Of a stretch of DNA of 62,493 nt, positions 1-9,217 are shown in pieces. Numbering within the stretch: the stretch's first letter is position 1; each line of letters starts with the position of its first letter. The position numbers and the translations under genes are program-made. This DNA is from a virus (taxonomy: Duplodnaviria > Caudoviricetes): IMG/VR virus record IMGVR_UViG_3300044617_002031, positions 1 to 62,493 of that record. One strand, 5' to 3'. The notes under the pieces are model-generated. The model was not told the origin of the DNA, did no database searches, and worked only from the letters and a program-made list of their open reading frames with translations.

Positions 1-1210
1 CTTTCTTTTCGCCTAACACTTCACACTTAACCCTTCCATGTCCTGCGGATACCATACCAATTGCTTCTGCTGCGGCTTTACTTAAATCTATGATGCGATC
101 GCCCGCATAAGGGCCTCTATCATTGATCGTGACAACAACCGATTTCCCACTGGTGATATAGGTTACTCGAACCCTTGTTCCAAAAGCCAATTCTTTGTGG
201 GCGGCAGTCATTTTAGTCGCATCAAAAATTTCCCCGTTGGCGGTTTGCCCACCGTCGAACCCATCCCCTCCCCCATAAAAAGAAGCCTCACCCTCAAAGG
301 TTTGAACAACGGTTTCCCCGTCTGCGGTTTGGGGGTTGGCATTTACTACCCCCGTTTGTTGGACAGTTTGAGTCGGGGCTGCCATTTTTGCGGCATTATC
401 TACACACAGAACAATAGTGCCATCGGGAAGCTTTCGCCCGACATCATAGATTACGCCCTTGAACTTATTAACCTTAAATCCATTATTGAAACCGCACTCA
501 ATCTCAATGGATTGGTGTTTTAGGATTCGCTTAAACAATTCCCCATCGGGGTCGGAAACAATAAATTCAGCTTGATTGTGTTGGTAACTATCAAAGGAAA
601 TCCAGGGGTATCCCAGAATATCCCCGTTATTAGAGTCAAGCAACAATTCCCCAACGGGTTCCCCTGGGCTGTCAGTAGTTTTATTTGCAATCTGGCTCCA
701 ATCCTTGTTAGGCTTGGCTTTTTTATCCTTTGGGCTGTCAGTAGTTTTATTTGCAATCTGGCTCCAATCCTTGTTAGGCTTGGCTTTTTTATCCTTGGGT
801 TTGATTTCCCCATCCTTGGCATCGACTTCTTCTTTATGATCCTTCTCCGGTTCCTTTTTCTTCTCGTCAGCAATTATCGTTTTACCAGACTCCACTAATT
901 TTTTCTTTTCAGGATCAACGGTCTGAGCTAATACTGAGGCAGAACTCCCCCCTAACTTCTGACCAAGTTTGGTGATATCTTCCCATTGTTCCTGGGTCGC
1001 TGCATCTGCCTCGGCAACCGTCTTTTCCTGTTTAGTTCCCGAAACCCCTCCAATTTTGACCCTGAAAAACCAATTCAATCGCTCATCGGGTTCCTGTTTA
1101 TCTTTACCCGATTTACTCTCATCCATCGGGGGGAGGGTACTCCAATCCTTATTAGCCTTGGGTTTGTCCTTACCAGGTTTAGTTAGTTCCTTGGGTTTCT
1201 TGTCTATCAT
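1..1210 (-). CDS. Baseplate-hub-like protein with RlpA (DPBB lytic transglycosylase) domain; runs off the window start
   Basis: Not in the ORF track. Manual translation from ATG 1210 (MIDKKPKE...) gives a K/D-rich N-terminus, a gpD/hub-like segment (IEIECGF...FKGVIYYVGRKLPDGTIVLCVD), then the RlpA signature GEASFYG...TANGEIFD...TAAHKELAFGTRVRVT...VVVTINDRGPY...RIIDLSKAAA. Confidence 0.8.
   Translation of the reverse strand, partial: MIDKKPKELTKPGKDKPKANKDWSTLPPMDESKSGKDKQEPDERLNWFFRVKIGGVSGTKQEKTVAEADAATQEQWEDITKLGQKLGGSSASVLAQTVDPEKKKLVESGKTIIADEKKKEPEKDHKEEVDAKDGEIKPKDKKAKPNKDWSQIANKTTDSPKDKKAKPNKDWSQIANKTTDSPGEPVGELLLDSNNGDILGYPWISFDSYQHNQAEFIVSDPDGELFKRILKHQSIEIECGFNNGFKVNKFKGVIYDVGRKLPDGTIVLCVDNAAKMAAPTQTVQQTGVVNANPQTADGETVVQTFEGEASFYGGGDGFDGGQTANGEIFDATKMTAAHKELAFGTRVRVTYITSGKSVVVTINDRGPYAGDRIIDLSKAAAEAIGMVSAGHGRVKCEVLGEKK
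665..796. repeat. 66-bp tandem duplication (22 aa, KDKKAKPNKDWSQIANKTTDSP)
   Basis: 665-730 equals 731-796; a diverged partial copy lies near 1140-1170. Confidence 0.95.
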
Positions 1211-1219
1211 AAAAAATAT

Positions 1220-1233
1220 TCCGTACCTACGGA
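1220..1233. promoter_or_regulatory. Palindrome TCCGTA-CC-TACGGA, copy 1
   Basis: Identical 14-mer at 36441-36454 and 53787-53800. Confidence 0.6.
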
Positions 1234-1358
1234 GCGAAAGTTGGTTAGCGATCGCAAAATCTCTATCTGGGAATGCGATCGCATTTACCCATATTAACAA
1301 TCTTGACTCATGGGGTTAATTGGGGTAAGATAATCTTGTACTATTTGATAACGAAAAA

Positions 1359-1718
1359 ATGAGTGGTATTTTTTCAGATTATTTAACTGTCAAACCTGGT
1401 GACATTCTGTGGTTAGTACCCGAATCCCGCGATTCAACTGATTCTTGTGCAGGAATAAATAAATCAGAATTTGCGGTTTTAATAAAATCAGTCCACTTTT
1501 CTCCGTGCAAAAAAAAAGCTGAGAACATTACGCTAAATTTTGACGAAACCGAGATCGAAACACCAGGCGATGATGACGATATTTTTATTAGCAGTGTTTC
1601 TATATACGAATACCAAAGCACTTTAAGGGTTAATTCTTCGACGAGAATAGAGTCCCGTAACGAACCAACGTATTACGGGGATTTAAAATATTCTTCTGTT
1701 GTTGTAGAAAAAAGATAG
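1359..1718 (+). CDS. Hypothetical acidic protein
   Basis: 119-aa ORF with TTGACT upstream and a terminator downstream. Confidence 0.65.
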   Translation: MSGIFSDYLTVKPGDILWLVPESRDSTDSCAGINKSEFAVLIKSVHFSPCKKKAENITLNFDETEIETPGDDDDIFISSVSIYEYQSTLRVNSSTRIESRNEPTYYGDLKYSSVVVEKR

Positions 1719-1744
1719 ATTGCTAATGCGATCGCAACCAACCC

Positions 1745-1778
1745 AAAAGCATCTATTATTTCTAGTAGGTGCTTTTTT
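1745..1778 (+). terminator. Intrinsic terminator
   Basis: aaaagcatcta...taggtgctttttt hairpin plus T tract; repeated at 2285-2318. Confidence 0.8.
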
Positions 1779-1779
1779 A

Positions 1780-1820
1780 TTTACATTAATTCAAAAATAA
1801 GGTAAAATACCTGTGTTGAG
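1780..1820 (+). promoter_or_regulatory. Sigma70-type promoter with GTTGAG at predicted +1
   Basis: TTTACA-17-TAAAAT-6-GTTGAG. Confidence 0.8.
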
Positions 1821-1832
1821 TAAAGTAAAACT

Positions 1833-2249
1833 ATGGCAAAATTGACACTCGAATTAACCAAGACAACATTCTATCCCGACATGGGAACATACATTGGCGG
1901 AGATAAGTTAACTTCTACGACGATTCTTATTTTCTTTGACATCGAGAAAGAAGAATTTCATGAAGTATTGGAGATGCAATTCTATCGTATAAGCTCCAAA
2001 CGGGTAGCTTGTGCAGTGTGGGTACGGTTCGGAGAATATGATCTTCGAGGAGAAGGTTTTTGTGAATCAATCCAACATTCTAACAGGCTAAGAATAGTTC
2101 AAAAAGCATTCGACGAAATGGGTATAAAAACCTCTTTTGATTTATCGAGTTCATCTTTGTCTAATCTTGGATTTGAGGAGACTGTTGCAAACGCGATCGC
2201 GGACACATTCAAACTCAATCTCAAACATTGTAAAGTAATTACAACTTAG
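1833..2249 (+). CDS. Hypothetical protein, paralog family A (1 of 3)
   Basis: 138 aa; aligns by eye with 2385-2810 and 3228-3644 (C.V.V..GEY.L..G.C...IQ.A...I...AIA..L.L). Confidence 0.8.
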   Translation: MAKLTLELTKTTFYPDMGTYIGGDKLTSTTILIFFDIEKEEFHEVLEMQFYRISSKRVACAVWVRFGEYDLRGEGFCESIQHSNRLRIVQKAFDEMGIKTSFDLSSSSLSNLGFEETVANAIADTFKLNLKHCKVITT

Positions 2250-2284
2250 TTTGATTAATGCGATCGCGCGATCGCAATCAACCC

Positions 2285-2318
2285 AAAAGCATCTACTAGA
2301 AATAATAGGTGCTTTTTT
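2285..2318 (+). terminator. Intrinsic terminator
   Basis: Same stem as 1745-1778. Confidence 0.8.
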
Positions 2319-2328
2319 ATTTTAAACA

Positions 2329-2369
2329 TTGACTAATAGATGTTGATAAGTTAAAATAGTTTCGTTGAG
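2329..2369 (+). promoter_or_regulatory. Sigma70-type promoter with GTTGAG at predicted +1
   Basis: TTGACT-17-TAAAAT-6-GTTGAG. Confidence 0.8.
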
Positions 2370-2384
2370 CTAATTAAAAAAAAC

Positions 2385-2810
2385 ATGAGTTATTTCACAG
2401 CAACACTCAAGCAAACAAATGTCCACATGGATAAAAGAAAAATCATAAAAGGTTCTTTCTTTTCCGAGACAACTTTGGTATATCTTGATGAATTTGGGAA
2501 ATTTCATAACCCAATCTCAATTAAATTAAGTAAAACAAAAAATGGAATTTATTGTGTCTTAAAAGTTGTGTATGGAGAATATAATCTTCTGTCTGGAGGC
2601 TGTCGCTCACTGGAATGCTCTTTAGCAAAACAAGTTGCGATACAAGAAGCACTGGATAATGCAAAGATAGAAATATCTCCTGATTTATCCTCTGGCTTGC
2701 CGGGAATCAATTTTGGTTCTGAATGCGAGGAAAAGATTGCGATCGCGATCGCTCACGCTTTGGGATTAAACTCTGAACGATGGACATTCGTTAACTCCAG
2801 TTGGGAATAA
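2385..2810 (+). CDS. Hypothetical protein, paralog family A (2 of 3)
   Basis: 141 aa; similar to 1833-2249 and 3228-3644. Confidence 0.8.
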   Translation: MSYFTATLKQTNVHMDKRKIIKGSFFSETTLVYLDEFGKFHNPISIKLSKTKNGIYCVLKVVYGEYNLLSGGCRSLECSLAKQVAIQEALDNAKIEISPDLSSGLPGINFGSECEEKIAIAIAHALGLNSERWTFVNSSWE

Positions 2811-2828
2811 ATTCTACTTTTAACCATG

Positions 2829-2858
2829 AAGTCACTAAATAATTTTAGTGACTTTTTT
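2829..2858 (+). terminator. Intrinsic terminator
   Basis: aagtcactaaa-taa-tttagtgactttttt type hairpin; covarying copy at 3133-3162. Confidence 0.8.
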
Positions 2859-2859
2859 G

Positions 2860-2900
2860 TTTACATTAATCCAAAAATACGGTAAAATACCTATGTTGAG
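2860..2900 (+). promoter_or_regulatory. Sigma70-type promoter with GTTGAG at predicted +1
   Basis: TTTACA-17-TAAAAT-6-GTTGAG, near-identical to 1780-1820. Confidence 0.8.
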
Positions 2901-2913
2901 TCAATAGGAAACT

Positions 2914-3114
2914 ATGGAAAAATTAATTGAGAGCATTCGCACTTTTGATTCTGATACATTTTCTGCATCTAGTCAGAATTGGACAGAGGAGCAGGTAAAA
3001 GCGATCGCGGACAAACTAATAGAGACTTGGATTGTCAATAAAATTGACGGTCACGATCTATCGGAAGTCAGTGGAGAGTTAGGATTCCTTAATTCCGACG
3101 ACAATGATGAATAG
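2914..3114 (+). CDS. Small acidic hypothetical protein
   Basis: 66 aa with its own promoter, AGGA RBS and terminator. Confidence 0.75.
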   Translation: MEKLIESIRTFDSDTFSASSQNWTEEQVKAIADKLIETWIVNKIDGHDLSEVSGELGFLNSDDNDE

Positions 3115-3132
3115 TCTCTAAATATCTTAATG

Positions 3133-3162
3133 AAGCCACTAAATAATTTTAGTGGCTTTTTT
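3133..3162 (+). terminator. Intrinsic terminator
   Basis: aagccactaaa...tttagtggctttttt. Confidence 0.8.
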
Positions 3163-3172
3163 GTTTCAAATC

Positions 3173-3213
3173 TTGCTATTTTCTCTGAAAAGGTTTACAA
3201 TAAACAGGTTGAG
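3173..3213 (+). promoter_or_regulatory. Sigma70-type promoter with GTTGAG at predicted +1
   Basis: TTGCTA-17-TACAAT-6-GTTGAG. Confidence 0.75.
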
Positions 3214-3227
3214 TTTCACTTAGAATT

Positions 3228-3644
3228 ATGATACTACAGTTTACGCAGACTTATCACCAACAAACAGGTTTTGACAAATTCTGCAAAGAAAAAGATTTTG
3301 CGAGAGCTACAATTCTTGTAAATTACAGCAATGGAAAAATTTCGTATCCCGCTAAAGTAAAAGGATATATAACCAACAAAATGTTCTATTGTTTGGTTTC
3401 TGTTTCGGCGGCTTCTGAATTACATGGAGAAATTTCTTTGATATCGGGAGGTAAGTGTGAGGTTTCTGAAGAAAACTTTAAGCATTGGGCAATTCAAGAT
3501 GCCCTAACCAAAGCAGGAATTACATTATCTTGTTCGTTGCCAGATAGCAACATCGACATGAGTGATATTGAGCGAGATGTATTGAAAGCGATCGCGCGAT
3601 CGCTAAACCTAGAGAACTACGATATTCTCACCGTTCTCCCCTAA
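3228..3644 (+). CDS. Hypothetical protein, paralog family A (3 of 3)
   Basis: 138 aa; similar to 2385-2810 (YC.V.V...L.SGG.C...AIQ.AL..A.I). Confidence 0.8.
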   Translation: MILQFTQTYHQQTGFDKFCKEKDFARATILVNYSNGKISYPAKVKGYITNKMFYCLVSVSAASELHGEISLISGGKCEVSEENFKHWAIQDALTKAGITLSCSLPDSNIDMSDIERDVLKAIARSLNLENYDILTVLP

Positions 3645-3653
3645 ATTAATTTA

Positions 3654-3679
3654 GCGCACCTTTCATGGGTGCGTTTTTT
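3654..3679 (+). terminator. Intrinsic terminator
   Basis: gcgcacc...ggtgcgtttttt. Confidence 0.7.
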
Positions 3680-3699
3680 GTTTTTGGGGTAAAATATTT

Positions 3700-4110
3700 A
3701 TGTCAAATATCAACAAGAAGGAAGCGACAATGTTAAAACAAAAAGCAATTGAGATTTTAGAATTAAAAGGCTTTGAACAATATTACGGTGAAAACCAATT
3801 CACCGTTGATTACATCAAATGTAACAGTGAGGATATTTCTGACGATTACAATATCAAAATATCTTTAATCGAATGCCAAGTTTCGAGTAGCCTTATTGTT
3901 GAAATAATTATGGATAATGAAGGTATCGGAGCCGTAACCTTAAAAACTCTTGATGAAGTTCAGTCTCTGATTCCTTTATTTGCTGAAATAGCAATCCGAC
4001 ATCACCGACAAATTGTAGCAATAGAATCAGAAAACGAGGTAGATGAGTTCGCGGAATCAATGAGAGCGCATTATCTCGACAAAGCCAAAAAACATCTATC
4101 AACACATTAA
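3700..4110 (+). CDS. Hypothetical acidic protein
   Basis: 136-aa ORF; start may be the second Met (MLKQK) after an AAGGAAG RBS. Confidence 0.7.
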   Translation: MSNINKKEATMLKQKAIEILELKGFEQYYGENQFTVDYIKCNSEDISDDYNIKISLIECQVSSSLIVEIIMDNEGIGAVTLKTLDEVQSLIPLFAEIAIRHHRQIVAIESENEVDEFAESMRAHYLDKAKKHLSTH

Positions 4111-4138
4111 GAGCGATCGCACCTGCTAAAATAAAATC

Positions 4139-4184
4139 AATCCCCAACTCAGGGCAAACAGTACACCGAGTTGGGGATTTTTTT
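4139..4184 (+). terminator. Terminator-like hairpin directly before ATG 4185
   Basis: aatccccaactc...gagttggggattttttt. Confidence 0.7.
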
Positions 4185-6704
4185 ATGTCTGATCTCACTA
4201 TTCCGGCATTGGTTTTAGAATTTCAAATGCGATCGCTCTATGTACAACAGCTTCTCCAAGCAGAAGCCGGAATTAAAGAATATGATGCAAGTTGGCTAAA
4301 GAACACTGGGGAAGTAATGCGGGACGCGACCGGGAAGTTTGCTAAGAAGGGAGCAACCGTTGATACCCCACAACCGCAGGCGGGAGTTATGCCCGGAACG
4401 ATGCAGATGCCAGGTTTAGGTCAGGCGCAACAAATGACCTGGACGGCAATGGATATGTTGGAAAATGGTTCTGAGATTACTGGTGATTTAATTCAAGGAT
4501 TAGTTCAAGATCCTGGTTTCCGACAACGGGCGGGACTTGTTGCGGGATTGGCGGGGGCAAAGGCATTAGAGAAAATTTTAGAGAAAAGCAAAATTGATCC
4601 TCGGCTTGAAGCTAAATTAAATGATTTTATTGCGGAAGCGACTCAAAAATTAGCGGATGAATATGGGGACGATAAAGACCCGTTTGCTCAAGCTATTCGG
4701 ACTGCGGGAACAGATGAGCCACCGCAGGGAGTTCCCTTTCAACAACGGATGGAGTATGACCTCGCTAAATACCAGGCTTATACTGAAGCGTTAAAAAATC
4801 CCAAGAAATATGACAAGAAGAAGGAATTGATGGGGAAAGCGGTTAAAGCATCAATCCCCGTTGTGGCTTATTTGGGATTAACATTGGGGCCAGAGGTCAT
4901 AATTGGTTTGGTTATGAAGGAATCGCTTGAGGCTATTTTAGTCTCGGCTGCGGTCGGGCAGGCGGTTTCCTTTGGCGCGAACAAGGCAATGGATAAAGCC
5001 AATATTGAAAATCAATGGGTTCGCGCAGGGGTTGATCTGGCTGTGGGGATTGCTGCGGGTGGTTTGTTGGCTTCTAACAAGCATTTCAAGGTTCTGAGTA
5101 AAGCTGATCAAGCATCTCGGACGGGTAAAAAAGTTGCGGAAACCGCGATTAAGGCTACTGAGCAAGGGACTTTTTACGACAAACTTTCTAAACCCGTTAA
5201 AGAGTTCATGGATGCCCGTTCTAAGGATATTCTGGATTCTGTTAAACCGTTACAGGATATCAAACCCACTGGAATTAAACTTCCAGAGATGAAGGATATA
5301 GGATGGATTTCTAAGGGTAAATTCTTTCCAGATAGTGTGCTGTCTATTCCTAAAGAATTGCGATCGCTTCCCCCGAATTTCAGCAAGAATTTATTACTTA
5401 AAGGAACCGATTGGAATAACTTAAAAAGCGCATCTCCTAATTTTATTGATAACATCTTATTTGACGGGGCGGAAATCCTTCAATCCATCAGCAAAGGAAA
5501 AAATCAAGTCATGTCAGCCGTAGTTGACGGTGTTAAACGGAACATTCTAGTCGCCAAGGGTAAGGCTTCTAGGGGAATTAATGCTGCGGGTGAAGCAATT
5601 GAAGATGCTTTTTTGTGGTTGTTACCGAAAGGGATGGATGCTTTGGATGCGTCAGCTACTTGGGTTGATGATGTGGCTAGAAGAATGGATGATATTTATG
5701 AAAATAAAATAAAAACTTTTCGACCCAAGGTTGAACAGGATATTGATAATTTACAACGATCTATATCCGATGGGATTGAGAATCTTAAAATTGATGTCAG
5801 CATGAAAGTTGGCGAGATTGGTCAATCTTTTAATGATGGTTTGGATAGTGCTAAAAAAGCAGGGCAAAAATGGGTTGACGATACAGTTGAAACTCTTGAG
5901 AAGAAAACACAGGTAAACAAGCAATTTGTAAAAGAAGCTGAAGAAAAGGCAGAAAAACGTATTGAGGATATGTTCGATTCGTTAGAAGATTTGTACAAAA
6001 ACAAAATCCAAACTATTAAACCCCGTATCAAGCAAGAGATGGATGACTTAGCAGAACATCTTTCTCAAGAAATTGATAAGTTGAAAATGCCTGATTTGAC
6101 TGCTAAGTTTAAGGGTAAAAAGGCGATCGCGGATCAATGGGCTAAGGATGTTTCCGAGTCTATGGAAACTTTCTATAATAATGAAATTAACAACCTCAAG
6201 TCGAATATCAAGAAGCAAGTCGAGGATTTACAAAAAATTGCTTCCGAGGGAGTTGGTAGTGCAAAAACCAAGGTGCAAGATTACCAAAAGGTTACTAAAC
6301 AATGGTCTGATGATGCTTCTAAAGCTCTTAAAGAGTTATATGAAAATGAAGTTAAGAATTTTCAACCCAATCTTCAAAAAGAAATGGCGGAGTTGAAGTC
6401 TTTGGTGTCTAAACAGGTTGGGAAATTAAAAAAATCAACTTCTTTGACTGCCGAGAATGTCGGTAAATGGGTTGACGATGTTTCGGGTACTCTCAAGAAG
6501 TTGTATAAAGAAAAATCTGCATCCTTAATGCAAGAAGTTAATACAAAAGCCGAGAAATTTAAAAAGGATTTCTCTGACAAATTGAACAAATTCAATACTG
6601 AATTAAATCAAAAAATCGAATCGGTAAAAGATTTAAGTTCACAAGCTCAAGATAAGATATTGTCTGAGTTCGTAAATACCTATATCAATTCGCTTATATT
6701 CTAG
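4185..6704 (+). CDS. Modular virion cargo family member 1; C-terminal apolipoprotein-like amphipathic helical repeats
   Basis: Leader ...QQLLQAEAGIKEYDASWL...RDATGKFAKKG; core EYGDD..AQAIR plus hydrophobic helices; repeats of WVDDV...LYENxIK. Confidence 0.8.
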   Translation: MSDLTIPALVLEFQMRSLYVQQLLQAEAGIKEYDASWLKNTGEVMRDATGKFAKKGATVDTPQPQAGVMPGTMQMPGLGQAQQMTWTAMDMLENGSEITGDLIQGLVQDPGFRQRAGLVAGLAGAKALEKILEKSKIDPRLEAKLNDFIAEATQKLADEYGDDKDPFAQAIRTAGTDEPPQGVPFQQRMEYDLAKYQAYTEALKNPKKYDKKKELMGKAVKASIPVVAYLGLTLGPEVIIGLVMKESLEAILVSAAVGQAVSFGANKAMDKANIENQWVRAGVDLAVGIAAGGLLASNKHFKVLSKADQASRTGKKVAETAIKATEQGTFYDKLSKPVKEFMDARSKDILDSVKPLQDIKPTGIKLPEMKDIGWISKGKFFPDSVLSIPKELRSLPPNFSKNLLLKGTDWNNLKSASPNFIDNILFDGAEILQSISKGKNQVMSAVVDGVKRNILVAKGKASRGINAAGEAIEDAFLWLLPKGMDALDASATWVDDVARRMDDIYENKIKTFRPKVEQDIDNLQRSISDGIENLKIDVSMKVGEIGQSFNDGLDSAKKAGQKWVDDTVETLEKKTQVNKQFVKEAEEKAEKRIEDMFDSLEDLYKNKIQTIKPRIKQEMDDLAEHLSQEIDKLKMPDLTAKFKGKKAIADQWAKDVSESMETFYNNEINNLKSNIKKQVEDLQKIASEGVGSAKTKVQDYQKVTKQWSDDASKALKELYENEVKNFQPNLQKEMAELKSLVSKQVGKLKKSTSLTAENVGKWVDDVSGTLKKLYKEKSASLMQEVNTKAEKFKKDFSDKLNKFNTELNQKIESVKDLSSQAQDKILSEFVNTYINSLIF

Positions 6705-6733
6705 TTTGAACTAACTTTTTGCATTATGATTTT

Positions 6734-9184
6734 CTATTTTCTCTTGATCTTGCTCTCTGCGTTCTTTATAGCAAGATCAAGATTATACTCCTTGATCGCC
6801 AAACTCTTTTTAAGTTTATTTTTCGTATAGGTCGCAAAACTCAAAGAAGATTCTTCTCCTTGATCGGATATGATATCTTCTATTTTTTTAAGATAATCCT
6901 TTATTGATTGTATTTCTTGTTTGTGATTGTCAATATTCTGTTTTCCCAATACTGAGTCTAAATCAACCTCTTTAATATTGTTTTTTAATAATACTTGAAT
7001 ATCTAATCCGAGATATCTTTCTCTGTATATATTCGCCAAAAAAGTATCTATACCTTCTTCATAATTCTTTCTTAGTTTTAAAAATAAAGATAACACTTCT
7101 TTGTCGGATTCTTGGTTTTTCATTAGTTCGTATTCCATTTCGTTTAAACCTATTTTTACCTGCTCTCTTTTTTTGTAAATATCAACAGATTCTCCGTCCA
7201 TTTTTTTAACTATTTCAATGTAATCATCGGAATTGATTTTCCTTTGTTTTTTAAAGAAATTCAATCCAACTTCTTTTAAGTCATCAAACGCTAGGTTGAA
7301 TTTTTTATAGATATATCCTGTACTCATTTCTTCTGTGATTTTTGTAAATTCATTGTATAATTTAAGATCTTTTGTTTCTACATTTTGATCACCCAATATT
7401 CTTGCTAACATCTTTTTTAAAAATGGATCTTCAAAATATTCCATGTGATCTGTAACAGTGTTTAAATACAAATTATTTCTTGGTCTAAGGAAGTTTAGGT
7501 AAACATCATTTTCGGAAAGTATATTCGTAAAATCTTGGGCGGATGTCATTCCAGCAAAAGGACTCGCAATGGTTATATTATTTTTTGTTTTCACTCCCAT
7601 TATTTTTAATATTTCACTGGCTTCTCTTGCTATTAATCCTCCGCCACAATACCCCATTAATGTCACTTCTTTTTCTGGATATTTTTTCTTTAAAGCAGCA
7701 ACTTGAACGGCAAGCGAAATAGCATCCTCGTTATGGAAGTTCTTCATGGTTGCTTTAAAATATTCCCTTCCGGCTTTACCTAGTGCTATCAATTCTGTAT
7801 CTTCTTTGGTTAAATCAGGTGCGAAAATTTTTCTATCGACAAAAGGAAAGAATACCGTCTTTTCAATTTCTTGGTCTTTGCTTCTATTTAATGTTAAAGC
7901 AATTAACTTGGACTGAGCTTTGTCTGTGTCTCCTGCCCCGCCAAGTGTAAATACAATATGATTGGATTCATCTAAATCTCTTAATACGTTGTTTTTTTTC
8001 AACTCTATTTTTTCAATTGCTTTACCACTAACAATATTTTCTCTCACATAATTATCAAAATTCGCAATAAAATCATCAACCCGTGATTCAGCTATTTTCG
8101 CAGATCTGTGAAATCCCAGTCTATAAATACCCCGAACATCCAAAGCTCCCGAAGTTGCTGCGGTTCCCACCAATAAATCAACTCCAATTCTTGCAATTGG
8201 ATTATCAACTTCCGCTTTATCCATTACCTTATTTGCTGCAAAACTCCAGAATTGTCCTACCGCAGCATTGGTTAAAATAATTGCTAAATTATCACCCATA
8301 AACATCCCTATCCCAATTTCCGGTGCTAAAGTTGCCCCCAAAAACATAGCAATGGGAATCGTCATTGCCGCAGCTTTTCCCATCACCTGAACGAACGGAG
8401 GTTTGTCGGGCATATTATTCAGGTCATCTAACATTTTGTTATAATCGTACCCAACTTTATTAAATGCCCGAAGCAAATCCTTCCCTAATTCCTTGGGATC
8501 TCCCCCTCGCAAATTCATTAAATCTTCAGCCAGTTCCTTGTAAGGGTCTGGCTTAATTGCGTTAGGTAGTTCGGGGTGAAGTTCTTCCCACATATCGGCA
8601 AGCCTATCCCTAGCTTCTTGAGCATCAACCCCAAACATCAAATCAAGAAGTTTGTCGGTAAATTCGGGATTTGTTTCAACCAATTTATCCAATCCTTTAG
8701 AAGCCAATTCAACTAATTCACTAGAAACCTCAAGTTTCTTCTCGGCAATATCAGTTTTAACGTCCTCAACCTTTTGCTCAACCGCTTTTTGAACATTTTC
8801 CTTAACCTGTTCAGGATTCTGTGCTTGCTCCCTAATCGCCAATAACTTATTGACAATTTCCCGCTTCAAATCCTGAGCTTCCTGATCAACATTCTGGGTT
8901 ACATTTTGAACCTGTTGTTGAATTTGCTGCGGTTGAGGAATAGAAACTTGAGGAACTTGTAATTGTGGCATTTGCATCCCTGGCTGTACAGGAACAGGCT
9001 GTTGCGGAACATCTACCGTTGTCCCTTTCTTGGCAAACTTCCCGGTCGCGTCCCGCATCACCTGTTTGGCTTCCGGCAACCAATCCGCCTCGTATTCCTT
9101 AATTCCGGCTTCTGCTGCAATTCGGACTCGCAGTAATTGAGCTTGGGCTTGTAATAATTCGCATAATCTAGCTGTGTCTGACAT
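6734..9184 (-). CDS. Cargo family member 2; alpha/beta hydrolase (lipase-like) domain
   Basis: Family leader; VFTLGGAG, VTLMGYCGGG nucleophile elbow, ITIASPF, SEND, TDHMEY. Confidence 0.75.
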   Translation of the reverse strand: MSDTARLCELLQAQAQLLRVRIAAEAGIKEYEADWLPEAKQVMRDATGKFAKKGTTVDVPQQPVPVQPGMQMPQLQVPQVSIPQPQQIQQQVQNVTQNVDQEAQDLKREIVNKLLAIREQAQNPEQVKENVQKAVEQKVEDVKTDIAEKKLEVSSELVELASKGLDKLVETNPEFTDKLLDLMFGVDAQEARDRLADMWEELHPELPNAIKPDPYKELAEDLMNLRGGDPKELGKDLLRAFNKVGYDYNKMLDDLNNMPDKPPFVQVMGKAAAMTIPIAMFLGATLAPEIGIGMFMGDNLAIILTNAAVGQFWSFAANKVMDKAEVDNPIARIGVDLLVGTAATSGALDVRGIYRLGFHRSAKIAESRVDDFIANFDNYVRENIVSGKAIEKIELKKNNVLRDLDESNHIVFTLGGAGDTDKAQSKLIALTLNRSKDQEIEKTVFFPFVDRKIFAPDLTKEDTELIALGKAGREYFKATMKNFHNEDAISLAVQVAALKKKYPEKEVTLMGYCGGGLIAREASEILKIMGVKTKNNITIASPFAGMTSAQDFTNILSENDVYLNFLRPRNNLYLNTVTDHMEYFEDPFLKKMLARILGDQNVETKDLKLYNEFTKITEEMSTGYIYKKFNLAFDDLKEVGLNFFKKQRKINSDDYIEIVKKMDGESVDIYKKREQVKIGLNEMEYELMKNQESDKEVLSLFLKLRKNYEEGIDTFLANIYRERYLGLDIQVLLKNNIKEVDLDSVLGKQNIDNHKQEIQSIKDYLKKIEDIISDQGEESSLSFATYTKNKLKKSLAIKEYNLDLAIKNAESKIKRK

Positions 9185-9217
9185 TGATTTTAATCCTTGT
9201 TTTGGAAATACAAATTA

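Noticed and set aside
197-1319. Track ORFs 197-523, 520-873, 572-898, 969-1319 and 986-1186
   Set aside because: They are shadows of the real minus-strand RlpA-domain gene 1-1210, which the track omits, probably because its stop lies outside the window.
1728-3213. CRISPR array or integron attC cassettes
   Set aside because: The repeats are terminator-promoter units separated by whole genes. There are no constant-length spacers, cas genes, integrase or attC structure.
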